From an uncultured Methanomicrobiaceae archaeon (GTDB lineage Archaea; Halobacteriota; Methanomicrobia; Methanomicrobiales; Methanoculleaceae): a stretch of 64,000 nt of DNA. The notes beneath the pieces were generated by a model. That model had not been told where the DNA came from, did not search any database, and saw only the letters and a list, made by a program, of their open reading frames with translations. A program made the position numbers and the translations under genes. Below, piece by piece: positions 19,529 to 29,715 of this stretch (position 1 is its first letter; each line of letters starts with the position of its first letter). The stretch is taken from assembly GCA_963826525.1 (NCBI GenBank), contig CAWGXH010000004.1, positions 672,001 through 736,000 of the forward strand, given 5' to 3'.

Positions 19529-22483
19529 ATGATTTCGGGTACTGCATGTTGACGACGAGCCCGCACTCCTCGATATTACCAGCCTGTTCCTCGAGAGAAA
19601 TAAAGAAATTACCGTTGAGGTAAGCACATCTGCCGAAGAGGCGCTTCTGATGCTCACGACCCGTCGGTTCGACGTCATCGTATCCGATTACGAGATGCCC
19701 CTGATGAACGGGATAGAGTTTTTAAAGCACCTCAAAGCGCAGGGCAACGATACCCCGTTCATCATCTTCACCGGAAGAGGGCGAGAGCATGTCATCATCG
19801 AGGCACTCAACAACGGCGCGTCGTTCTACCTCCAGAAAGGCGGCGACCCGAAGTCCCAGTTTGCCGAACTGAGACACATGATCGAGCAGGCCGTCGAACG
19901 GAAGAGAATGGATGAGGCTCTCAAGGCAAGTGAGGAGCGCTACCGCGCCGTCGTCGAGAGCCAGACGGAGCTTATCTGCAGGTTCCACCCCGATGGAACC
20001 CTCGTCTTTGCGAACGATGCCTTCTGCCGCTACTACGGCAGGGAGAAATGCACCGGGTTCATCGGCAAACGTTTCTTCCCGAAGATCCCCGCCGAAGAGC
20101 GGGATCTAATCAGGAGAGCACTTCTCGTCCCTGACGCTCGATTCTCCGGTCGGGACTGTCGAGCACCGCGTTCTCATGCCGGACGGCACGACCCGGTGGC
20201 AGCAGTGGAGCGACCGGGCGCTCTTTGACGAGGAGAAGCAGGTCACCGAGTTTCAGTCGGTAGGAAGAGACATAACTGACCGGAAACTCGCTGAAGAAGC
20301 CCTGAAAGAGTCGGAGACGAAGTTCAAGGTTCTCGCCGAAAAATCGCTCGTCGGCGTGTATATCGTCAGGAACGGGGTCTTTACCTATGTCAACCCCCGG
20401 TTTGCCCGTATCTTCGGCTACCGGGTCGACGAGATGGTCGGGAGGATCGGGTTTGACGACCTCACCCTCCCGGACGATCTCCCCATCGTTCAGGAGAGGA
20501 TCCGGAAGATCTCCGGCGAGCAGGACTATCCGCACTTCGAGTTCCGCGGTGTCCGGAGAGACGGCGAGGTGATCACCCTCGAGGTCTACGGGTCGGAAAC
20601 CGCTATCCAGGGTACCCGGGGAATCATCGGGACGCTCCTTGACATCTCCGACCGGAAGAAGATGGAAGTCTCCCTAAAAGAGAAGGTCAACTACGTCCAG
20701 GCGCTGATGGACACCATTCCGGCGCCGGTCTTCTACCGCGACACCGATGGGATCTACCAGGACTGCAACCGCGCCTTCGAGGAACTCGTCGGTCTTCCGA
20801 AGGAGGAGATCATCGGAAAGACAATCCACTACTTCTTCCCGAAGGAGTACGCCGACATCTACAAAGAGAAGGACAACCTCATCATCAGCCATCCGCATAT
20901 CCAGCGCTACGAGTTCGCCATCACCGACGCCCGGGGAGCCGTTCACGACGTTCTCTTCTCAAAGACCGCTCTCTTCAGGGCGGACGGGGGCGTCGGCGGG
21001 ATCGTCGGTGCGATCCTCGACATCTCGGACCGGAAGAAGATGGAGGTCTCCCTAAAAGAGAAGGTCAACTACGTCCAGGCGCTGATGGATACCATTCCGG
21101 CCCCCGTCTTCTACCGCGACACCGATGGGATCTACCAGGACTGCAACCGCGCCTTCGAGGAACTCGTCAGGTCTTCCGAAGGCAGAGATCATCGGAAAGA
21201 CTATCTGGGACTTCTTCCCGAAGTTCTACGCCGACCACTACAAGCACAAGGATGACCTGATCATCGAGCACCCCCACGTCCAGCGCTACGAGTTCGAGCT
21301 CCAGAATACCCGGGGCGAGAAGTCCGATGTTCTCTTCTCAAAGACCGCCCTCTTCCGGGCTGACGGGAGCATCGCCGGGATCGTCGGCGTCATCATGGAC
21401 ATCTCCGACCGGAAGAAGATGGAGAAGGCGCTCCGGGAGAGCGAAGAGAAATTCCGGACGCTGGCCGACTTCACCTACGACTGGGAGTCCTGGCTCGGGC
21501 CTGAAGGGAACTACCTCTATGTCTCGCCTTCGTGCGAACGGATCACCGGGTATGCCGCAGAAGAGTTCCTCGCCGATCCCCACCTGACCGAGAAGATCAC
21601 CTATCCCGGAGATCAGGCGATGGTGGCACACCACTACAACGAGGTCTGGAAGACGAGCGACAGAGTGCACCATCTGGACTTCCGGATCGTCACGCCCGGC
21701 GGGGAGACCCGCTGGATCAGCCACTACTGCCAGCCGGTCTACCACGACGACGGGAGCTGGTTCGGCCGCCGTGAGAACAAGCGGGACATCACTCACCGGA
21801 AGGTCGTGGAAGAGGCGCTCCAGCAGGCAAACCGGAAGTTAAACCTCCTCTCCAGCGTCACCCGCCACGACGTCCTCAACCAGCTCACCGCGCTTGCAGG
21901 CTACCTCGAGCTTGCGAAGGATTACGTCGCCGATCCGTTCTTCTTCGAGATGATCGAGAAGGCAGATCTTGCCACCGACACCATCAGGCACCAGATCACC
22001 TTCACCAAGGACTACCAGGATATCGGTGTCCACACCCCGACGTGGCAGAACCTGAACGCGGTGGTGGAGAAGACGGCAGCCATCCGGAGCGCCGGGGCCG
22101 ACGTCTCGATAGCGGCGGATTTCGCCTCTTTAGAGATCTACGCCGACCCGCTCCTCCAGAAGGTCTTCTCAAATCTCCTCGATAACACAGCGAGGCACAG
22201 CGGCAGCGTCAGCAGAATTACATTCTCGTCGTCGGAGTCGGACGAAGGCTTAACGCTTGTCTGCGAAGACGACGGGGTCGGGATTCCCGAGACGGAGAAA
22301 GGCCGGATATTCGAGCGGGGCAGGGGACGAAACACCGGATACGGCCTCTTCCTTGCGCAGGAGATCCTCTCCATCACCGGGCTTTCCATCAGGGAGACCG
22401 GAGTGCCGGGAAGCGGAGCCCGGTTCGAGATCCAGGTCCCACGGGGTGCATACCGGTTCACTGCCGGAAACAGTACCGGCTGA
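19529..22483 (+). CDS. Hybrid sensor kinase REC-(PAS)n-HisKA-HATPase (frameshifts near 19538, 20118, 21170)
   Basis: MIS(V)LHVDDEP...VSDYEMP...FTGRG receiver; five PAS modules; H-box TRHDVLNQL, N-box NLLDN, DDGVG, GYGLFL. Confidence 0.88.
20641..21425 (+). repeat. Tandem 378-bp internal duplication of a PAS/PAC module
   Basis: gacatctc(c/g)gaccggaagaagatgga recurs at 20641, 21019 and 21398; the first ~150 bp of copies 1 and 2 are nearly identical. Confidence 0.9.
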
Positions 22484-22627
22484 GAGCCATCGCCGGATTT
22501 CCCGAAGAAGAGAGCGCTCCCGAATGTAATGCGGATGGCCCGACTGCAGAGCCCCGATAGCAATTCATAACGCTGGTATAGGAGGAGACTACAAACCACT
22601 GATACCAAGACCGGGACTGAACCATTC

Positions 22628-24340
22628 GTGCCGCAGAAACCACAAAACCTCGTTTACGGAGTTGAGGATGCACTCCCGCTCCCAACCGCGCTGCTGCTCG
22701 GGCTGCAGCATATCTTCGTGATGTCTACGGCGTTCATATTTCCGGTCGTCATCGTCAGGAGCTTTGGCGGAACTGCCGAAGAGGCCGCTTTCATGGTCAC
22801 CATGTCCATTCTCGCGGGCGGTGTCGGGACGATTCTCCAGGCGCTCCGAAGAGGAGGCATGGGCTCGGGGTATCTCTGCCCGGCGGTCTGCGGGCCGTCG
22901 TACCTCTCCGCATCGCTCCTCGCGGCGCAGACCGGAGGGCTCCCGCTCGTCTACGGCATGACGGCAGTCGCCGGTCTCTTCGAGGTCTTCTTCTCCCGGC
23001 TCATGCACCGTCTGCGCGTCCTGTTTCCCGCCGAGGTCACCGGGGTCGTCGTCGCCCTCGTCGGTATTGCCGTTATCCCGGTAGCAGTCCCGAACTTCCT
23101 CGGGATAACACCGGGAGATAGCGTAACCGAGGCACTCGAACTGCTCGTCGCGGGAGTCACCCTCGGAACGATGGTCGCGATAAGCGTCTGGAGCAGGGGA
23201 AAACTCCGCCTCTACTCGGTTCTTATCGGTATCGCCGTCGGATATATCATCGCTGCCGCAACCGGCATCCTCGGCGGGGCGGAGATCGCGAGGATACTGG
23301 ATGCACCCCTTGTCGCATTCCCCGACCTCAGCCACCTCGGGTGGTCGTTCGATGCAGCCCTGCTCATTCCCTTCATCATCGCCATCCTCTGCTCGTCCTT
23401 AAAGTCCATCGGCGATCTGACGACCTGCCAGAAGATCAACGACACCGACTGGAAACGGCCCGATATGCGGAACATCGGCGGCGGCATTCTTGCGGACGGC
23501 TCTTCGGCGCTCTTTTCCGGTCTCGTGGGCGGGATGGGGCAGTCGACCTCCTCAAGCAACGTCGGACTCTCTGTCGGCACCGGCGCTACCAGCAGGGTAA
23601 TCGCCTTTGCCGCAGGCGCTCTCCTCATTGTGCTGACGTTCTTTCCGAAACTGGCATCAGTCTTCGTCATTATGCCCGCACCCATCATGGGGGCAGGGCT
23701 CGTCTTTGTCGCCGCATTCATGATCGTCAACGGGCTGCAGATCATTATGTCCCGGATGATGGATACGCGAAAGACCTTTGTTATCGGGTTCGCGTTCATC
23801 TTCGGCCTCTCGGTCGACATCTTCCCGGATTACTTCATTGGTCTTCCCGCATCGGTGCAGCCCATCTTCAGCTCGTCGCTCGCCCTCGGAACCGCCACGG
23901 CACTCATACTAAACCTCATCTTCCGAATCGGGATTGCGCGGCGGAAAACACTGTTCTTCGAACCCGGCACCGACTTCTCGGGTACGATCTTCTCGTTCTT
24001 CGAGGCGATGGGGGGCACCTGGGGTGCCCGCACAGAGGTGATCCAGCGCGCCAAGTCAGCGGTAAGCGAGTGTATTGAGGCGATCCTCTTCCTTGGGATG
24101 ACCCGGGAGACGGTCCGGGCCGATATCGCATTCGAGGAGGATTCCCTCGATATCGATATCACATACCACGGAAAACCGCTCGACCTCTCGACCGGGGGGG
24201 CTCCCACCGATACCGACCTCCTCGAAGACGAGAACGCCCTCGCCCGACTTTCTGCATTCCTGATCCGAAAGTACGCGGATACGGTCACCACGGACTTCCG
24301 GGACGGCGAGTGTCGGATCAGGCTGCACTTCGATCACTGA
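22628..24340 (+). CDS. NCS2 (xanthine/uracil) family permease with C-terminal RsbW-like degenerate HATPase domain
   Basis: LLGLQH TM1 motif, GILADG, SSSNVGL-V-TG-TSR signature; about 130 extra soluble residues at the C-terminus. Confidence 0.88.
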   Translation: MPQKPQNLVYGVEDALPLPTALLLGLQHIFVMSTAFIFPVVIVRSFGGTAEEAAFMVTMSILAGGVGTILQALRRGGMGSGYLCPAVCGPSYLSASLLAAQTGGLPLVYGMTAVAGLFEVFFSRLMHRLRVLFPAEVTGVVVALVGIAVIPVAVPNFLGITPGDSVTEALELLVAGVTLGTMVAISVWSRGKLRLYSVLIGIAVGYIIAAATGILGGAEIARILDAPLVAFPDLSHLGWSFDAALLIPFIIAILCSSLKSIGDLTTCQKINDTDWKRPDMRNIGGGILADGSSALFSGLVGGMGQSTSSSNVGLSVGTGATSRVIAFAAGALLIVLTFFPKLASVFVIMPAPIMGAGLVFVAAFMIVNGLQIIMSRMMDTRKTFVIGFAFIFGLSVDIFPDYFIGLPASVQPIFSSSLALGTATALILNLIFRIGIARRKTLFFEPGTDFSGTIFSFFEAMGGTWGARTEVIQRAKSAVSECIEAILFLGMTRETVRADIAFEEDSLDIDITYHGKPLDLSTGGAPTDTDLLEDENALARLSAFLIRKYADTVTTDFRDGECRIRLHFDH

Positions 24341-24397
24341 TACCCTGCGGTGATGAAAGTAAAAGCCTATCTAGCCACGGAGCAAACCATCAGTTGA

Positions 24398-24832
24398 ATG
24401 AGCGGGAATCTGGAGATCACCGAACGGCATGAAGCAGGTGTTGCTATCGTCTCCCTGAAAGGGAGGCTGGACGCCGCATCGAGTCAGGTAGCAGAGCAGC
24501 GGATGAACGGGCTGATCGATGCAGGAAACGGGTCGATCCTGGTCAATCTATCAGGCCTCGATTATATCAGCAGTTCGGGCTTGCGGGTGCTGCTCGCCTC
24601 GTTAAAGCGGCTGAAGAAGACCGGCGGGAACCTCCGCCTCGCGGAGCCGAAACCTGCGGTCAAGGATGTCTTCACCATGGCGGGCTTCCACCGGATCTTC
24701 ACCATCCACGACGATGAGGCATCAGCACTGAACGGCTTTACCACGGAAATCCTGAACCGGCCGACGCCACCACCGGAAGATCCAGCATGGCATCGACACT
24801 CACCGACCTCTCCTTCATCCTCCTCCAGATGA
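24398..24832 (+). CDS. STAS-domain anti-sigma factor antagonist (RsbV/SpoIIAA-like)
   Basis: LKGRLDAASS...VNLSGLDYISSSGLRVLL...VFTMAGF, with the phospho-acceptor Ser motif. Confidence 0.93.
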   Translation: MSGNLEITERHEAGVAIVSLKGRLDAASSQVAEQRMNGLIDAGNGSILVNLSGLDYISSSGLRVLLASLKRLKKTGGNLRLAEPKPAVKDVFTMAGFHRIFTIHDDEASALNGFTTEILNRPTPPPEDPAWHRHSPTSPSSSSR

Positions 24833-26151
24833 TCTGCGTCATCGTGGTGATCGCCTACCTGATCACCAGGAGCGGGGCGTTCACCGAGATCCTCGATAAG
24901 ACGTTCACCTGGAAGAATCAGGCAATTCTCATCCTCGTCTTCGGCGCCATCTCGATCTACGGGACCGAGAGCGGTGTCGATATCATGGGCGCCGTCATCA
25001 ACGTCCGCGACCTTGGCCCCATGGTCGGTGGGCTCGCCGCAGGGCCTGTCGTCGGCCTCGGCGCCGGCCTTATCGGCGGCGCGTACCGGGCGACGCTCGA
25101 CGGGTTTACGGTCGTTCCCTGTGTGCTGGCCACCATCCTTGCCGGAGTTTTCGGCGGCACGATATATCTCCTGAATAAACGCAATTTTATCGGAGCGCAG
25201 GGTGCCATCCTCTTTGCCGTGGGGATGGAGTCGCTCCACATGGGGCTTGTCCTCGTCATCTGCCGGCCGTTCGAACAAGCCTTGAGTATCGTCGAGCAGG
25301 TGGCCTTCCCGATGATCCTCGCCAACGCCGCCGGGATCTTCATCTTCGCCTTCATCATCGGCAACCTGATCACCGAACGGCAGACGAAGGCGGAGCGGGA
25401 CTCGTACTTCTCCGAGCTCGAGCGGAAACGTGCCGAGCTGCAGATCGCCCGGGATATCCAGATGAGTTTTCTGCCCGAGAAACTCCCTCGCATACCCGCA
25501 TACGACCTCGCGGCAATGAGCCTTCCGGCAAAAGAGGTCGGCGGCGACTTCTACGATGCCATCCCGCTCCCGGACGAGCGGCTCGGGATCGTCATGGCGG
25601 ACGTCTCGGGGAAGGGTGTCCCCGCCGCCCTCTTCATGGCGCTCTCGCGGACGGTCGTGCGTGCCCACGCCCGGCACAGCGGGGCAAAGGACGCCATCCG
25701 GGACGCGAATATCCTCATCGCGGAGGATTCGAAATCAGGGATGTTCGTTACCCTCTTCTACGGCGTCGTCGATGCGGCACGACTGACGATGACCTACGTC
25801 AACGCCGGGCACAACCCCCCCATGCTCTTCCGGGGAGACGGCGAGCCGCGGGAGCTGAAAGCGACCGGGATCATCCTCGGGGTGATGGACGACGCCGAGT
25901 ACGAAGAGCGGACGGTCGACCTCGCAGGCGGCGATCTGCTGCTCCTCTACACCGACGGCGTGACCGAGGCGATCAACCCGGAGGAGGAGCAGTTCGGGGA
26001 AGAGAGGCTGATCGCCACCGTGCAGGAGTACCGGCACCTCCCCTCAAACGAGATCGTCGAACGGATACAGCAGGCGGTCTTCGCCTTCTGCGGACGTGAA
26101 CCACAGTTCGACGACCTGACGCTGATGGTGCTGAAGGTGAACGGCCCATGA
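24787..26151 (+). CDS. LytS/YhcK 5TM receptor fused to SpoIIE/RsbU-type PP2C phosphatase
   Basis: SIYGT, NVRDLGP, GLIGGAYR sensor motifs; ELQIARDIQ, VGGDFYD, ADVSGKG, NAGHNPP, YTDGVTE, DDLT phosphatase motifs. Confidence 0.95.
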   Translation: MASTLTDLSFILLQMICVIVVIAYLITRSGAFTEILDKTFTWKNQAILILVFGAISIYGTESGVDIMGAVINVRDLGPMVGGLAAGPVVGLGAGLIGGAYRATLDGFTVVPCVLATILAGVFGGTIYLLNKRNFIGAQGAILFAVGMESLHMGLVLVICRPFEQALSIVEQVAFPMILANAAGIFIFAFIIGNLITERQTKAERDSYFSELERKRAELQIARDIQMSFLPEKLPRIPAYDLAAMSLPAKEVGGDFYDAIPLPDERLGIVMADVSGKGVPAALFMALSRTVVRAHARHSGAKDAIRDANILIAEDSKSGMFVTLFYGVVDAARLTMTYVNAGHNPPMLFRGDGEPRELKATGIILGVMDDAEYEERTVDLAGGDLLLLYTDGVTEAINPEEEQFGEERLIATVQEYRHLPSNEIVERIQQAVFAFCGREPQFDDLTLMVLKVNGP

Positions 26152-26576
26152 CGCTCTCTGCTGTACTCACCGTCCCGGCAGTGCTCGAGAATCTCTCGGT
26201 GATCGCCGGGTTCCTCGAAGCGACCCTGGAGGATGCCGGGTGCTCCGCCGAAACGCTCTTTGCCGTGCAGCTCGCGGTCGACGAGGCCTGCAGCAACACG
26301 ATCCTCTACGGCTACCCGACAGGAGACGCAGGCGAGATTACGATCACCTGCGAGATCGAGGCTGGAGAGGTCCGGGTGGCGCTCGCCGACGACGGCCGGG
26401 CATTCAACCCGCTCAACGCCCGCGAACCGGATCTGACTGCCGGACTTGAAGAGCGGAAGATCGGCGGGCTCGGGGTCCACTTTATCAAAAGTGTCATGGA
26501 TAGCGTCGCCTACGAATTTTCAGAAGGAAAGAACGTGCTCCTGCTCGTAAAAATCGCGTCTCCGACGGAAGAGTGA
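26148..26576 (+). CDS. RsbW/SpoIIAB-type serine kinase (anti-sigma factor-like ATP-binding protein)
   Basis: LAVDEACSN, DDGRAFNP, GGLGVHFI, VMD; ATGA overlap with the phosphatase gene. Confidence 0.95.
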   Translation: MTLSAVLTVPAVLENLSVIAGFLEATLEDAGCSAETLFAVQLAVDEACSNTILYGYPTGDAGEITITCEIEAGEVRVALADDGRAFNPLNAREPDLTAGLEERKIGGLGVHFIKSVMDSVAYEFSEGKNVLLLVKIASPTEE

Positions 26577-26582
26577 CCCGTA

Positions 26583-28064
26583 TCACCGGGACGCGAGTTT
26601 CAGCCGCACCAGAATCGCAGTGCCTGCCGCCGGGTTGCCCGGAACTCTATTCTCCGCCCGTATCTCTCCGTCGTAACGTTCCACGAGCATTCTGCTGATG
26701 TAGAGGCCAAGGCCGCTGCCCGGCTCTCTGCTCTCGCCCCGCTCGAAGCGGTTGAAGACCGCATCCTTCAACGGATCGGGGATACCGGGGCCAGTGTCCC
26801 CTACGGTGACGGCGACGCCGCCGTCCCGTTCCTCCACCCCGATGGTGATAGCGACATCGGCCCCCCCGAACTTGAGGGCGTTCCCAATGAGGTTTCCGAA
26901 GACCTCCGGGAGGAGATCGTCGGCCCAGACAGTCGCCGCCGTCCCCGCATACCGGACGAGCGCACCGGGATAATGACCGATCGCAGTTCGTATCGCGGCA
27001 TCGAGGCTTACCGGCCGGAGCCTGGCGTCCGGGTCGCGGAGGGAGCGGAGTCGGCTGACACCGGCGATAATAGCCGAGCTCTGCCCGATCCCCGCATGGA
27101 TGCGCCGCACGTACTCCCGCTCCGTATCGTCGGCAAGTTCCTCGAGCATCTCCGCATATCCGAGGGCAACGGCGTTGGCGTTGTTGATATCATGGATCAT
27201 GAGATCGAGGTAGAGGTTTGCCTCGCGGGAAGCTGCCTCCAGCCGTTCCTGGAGCATGGCCCGGGAGATAACTCCTCCCACCTCCTCACCGATCGCCTCA
27301 AGGGTACTCTTTTCAAGGTCGGTGAACCGATGGAAACTGCTGCTTGCTATGTGGATCGATCCGATGACCTTCCCCCCGATGGTGACCGGAATGCTCGCAA
27401 GCGAGAAGACCCCGAGCTCGCCGCACTCGTGGGCGACGTTGAGGTATTTTTCGGTATAGCAGCATTGCCCCTCGAGGAAGACCTCGCGGTAGTGGGAGGT
27501 GCAGATCTCCAGAGTGAGTACGTCCGGGAAGTAGAGGTCGTAGAGACCGAAGAACGCCTTCAGATCTGCACGTTTGAGCCGCGGATCGACAAGGTATACG
27601 GCGCCCGCGTCAAAGTCCATCAGCTCGACGGTCTGCTGCAGCACCGTCTGCAGAATCTCCCCCGACGCCATCGACGAGGCGCTCGCACGCATGATCCGGT
27701 TGATGATGGCGATCCGCCGGTTGCAGGATCGGATCTCCTCCTCCGCGCCGGCGGCGGGGGCGGTTCCCGTAATGGTGAGGAGAAGATGCCTCCCCTGCCC
27801 GCCCGGGGCCTCGGGGAAAGCACGTGCCTCGACCGCATACGTCTGCAGATCGCCCGTACTGTCCCTGCAGGAGACGGTATGATACCCCTCCCGGAGGTCT
27901 CCGTCACGTACTGCCCGGATCATCTCGTCCTTATTCCCCGGAAAGAGCAGATCCAGAGCGCGGTTTGCAAAGACCGGCCTGCCGGTATCGTCAAGGATCA
28001 GCACCGGGACGGCGAGCCTTCCGAGAGCCTCAAGCGGGTCGAACAGCAGCGTGGGATCGGTCAT
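26583..28064 (-). CDS. PAS-GAF sensor histidine kinase
   Basis: GAF (SIPV...VIGSI), H-box MIHDINN, NLIGNALKF, DTGPGI, GSGLGL. The ORF is open up to 28151. Confidence 0.9.
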   Translation of the reverse strand: MTDPTLLFDPLEALGRLAVPVLILDDTGRPVFANRALDLLFPGNKDEMIRAVRDGDLREGYHTVSCRDSTGDLQTYAVEARAFPEAPGGQGRHLLLTITGTAPAAGAEEEIRSCNRRIAIINRIMRASASSMASGEILQTVLQQTVELMDFDAGAVYLVDPRLKRADLKAFFGLYDLYFPDVLTLEICTSHYREVFLEGQCCYTEKYLNVAHECGELGVFSLASIPVTIGGKVIGSIHIASSSFHRFTDLEKSTLEAIGEEVGGVISRAMLQERLEAASREANLYLDLMIHDINNANAVALGYAEMLEELADDTEREYVRRIHAGIGQSSAIIAGVSRLRSLRDPDARLRPVSLDAAIRTAIGHYPGALVRYAGTAATVWADDLLPEVFGNLIGNALKFGGADVAITIGVEERDGGVAVTVGDTGPGIPDPLKDAVFNRFERGESREPGSGLGLYISRMLVERYDGEIRAENRVPGNPAAGTAILVRLKLASR

Positions 28065-28223
28065 GCCGGAGAGATGTTCGGCCTGATCCGCGAAATGCTT
28101 ATCTATAGACGTATCTCCACAGGAGACCGGATAGAATCGGAATAACGGCAATATCAGAGGTTCCCGGAAATCGCAACGATAATTAGATACCTTTTTTCAC
28201 ACGGAATACGATAGTTGCCTCAT

Positions 28224-28855
28224 ATGCAGATCAGAGGCATCTTACTTATCGCCGGTATCCTGATCGCCGCCATGGCGATCGCAGGATGCACGGGAACCGT
28301 AGAGCAGCCGCAGGAAACCCCGACGGCGACGCCCACACCCGAACCGACCGCCGCGGCGCCCACGCCGACACCGGAGCCGGAACCGTATCCGGACGCCCTT
28401 GCCGTGGGCGAGTTCTACCGCTACGGCACGAACGAGACCGCACGCGAGGTCACCGTCGACCACTACGTGCTGCAGGACTCATACCAGTTTTACCATCCCG
28501 ACTGGGGAATGACGGAAGACAACCAAATTGCCCGCCGAAGGGAACCAGTTCCTCTTCGTCTTCCTGAAGGTGAGGCATGCGGGTACCGCAAAGGAGCTCA
28601 TACACACCGTATCCGGGCAGCATCTACGCCGTCGCCGACGGTGTCTCCTACTCCCCCCGTGCGGACCGCGCCGAATCCGTCACCACGGTGGCGGACGTTC
28701 GCGGCGTTGAGGACTACACGTTCCAGAAGATCTACAAGACGCAGACCATCGACGGATTCCTGATCTACGAGATTCCGGCGTCGGTGACCGCCGAGGATGT
28801 ATACGTCGCGATGAACCTCGGCAACGACGAGGTGGCGGCCTTCAACCTCGCCTAG
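28224..28855 (+). CDS. Lipoprotein, hypothetical (frameshifts near 28530 and 28605)
   Basis: Lipobox IAGCTG, P/T linker; PAEGNQFLFVFLKV and GFLIYEIP segments in successive frames (DUF4352-like beta fold by eye). Confidence 0.7.
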
Positions 28856-29679
28856 GCGAGGGGCGAGTCCAGCGCCGCCGGAAGATCCTCTTTTTTCATC
28901 ACCACGACCGCCGACTCTTCCAGCATCAGGTTCACGCATTCGTGGTGCCCTGCCATCCGGAAGTCCGTGCGGAGGGCTACTACCGGTTTCCCGAGCGCGT
29001 AGGCATATCCCATCTCCCAAGAAGTCCCGGAATCCGCATCCGCGCCGTCGCAGACCGCGACGACGATATCAGCCTCCCGGAGCGCCAGGACGTGCCGGTC
29101 GAAGATGGCACGGTGCTCGTCCCTGCCCCGGCAGGAACTGTTGTCGCCGACCTCCTGCGGGAGGTAGACGTCGAAGAGGTGCCGGGTGAGGAGATTGGAG
29201 AGCACCCGGTTGTAGGCGAGCTCCGCTTCGGTGAAGAGCGGGCCTGCGAGATAGATCCGGTAGCGGGCGAAGGTCTTCACGTCGAACGCCCGGATATCGG
29301 GAAACCGTGCCAGGAACGTACCGCGTCCCGGCTGCTTCTCGGCCGAGTAGTAGGTGGCGGTCACCCCGCAGGTCGGCGACGAGTCCACACCGACGATGCA
29401 GAGCGGTTCTCCCCGCTCGCGGATGGTTTCCCTGACCTGCTCTGCAAGGTCGTCCTGGAGCGCCTCGAACGCCGGCGTCGCGAGGCGATTGAGGTACGAC
29501 CCCGGGGAGCGGTCGGCACCGAGGTAGATCGACTCCGGGCAGGGAAGAGCAACGACCTCGATGCCGAACTTCCTGCACCGTTCAAGAGCGCGGTCGAACC
29601 ACCGGAGGTCCTCTTCGGTCGTAATACCCCGGGCGCGGCAGGCCGGGCTCTGAATACAGGGGCTAGCGAGCACGTACAT
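28852..29679 (-). CDS. Fusion of DUF523 (TudS/2-thiouracil desulfurase-like Fe-S domain) and nucleoside 2-deoxyribosyltransferase-like domain
   Basis: SPC...LPCPE...SSPTCG; then IYLAGPLF...YLPQE...DSGTSWEMGYAYALGKP. Confidence 0.85.
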   Translation of the reverse strand: MYVLASPCIQSPACRARGITTEEDLRWFDRALERCRKFGIEVVALPCPESIYLGADRSPGSYLNRLATPAFEALQDDLAEQVRETIRERGEPLCIVGVDSSPTCGVTATYYSAEKQPGRGTFLARFPDIRAFDVKTFARYRIYLAGPLFTEAELAYNRVLSNLLTRHLFDVYLPQEVGDNSSCRGRDEHRAIFDRHVLALREADIVVAVCDGADADSGTSWEMGYAYALGKPVVALRTDFRMAGHHECVNLMLEESAVVVMKKEDLPAALDSPLA

Positions 29680-29715
29680 TGATAGGAGATGGGCTTTCAG
29701 ATCATAACAAGACCG

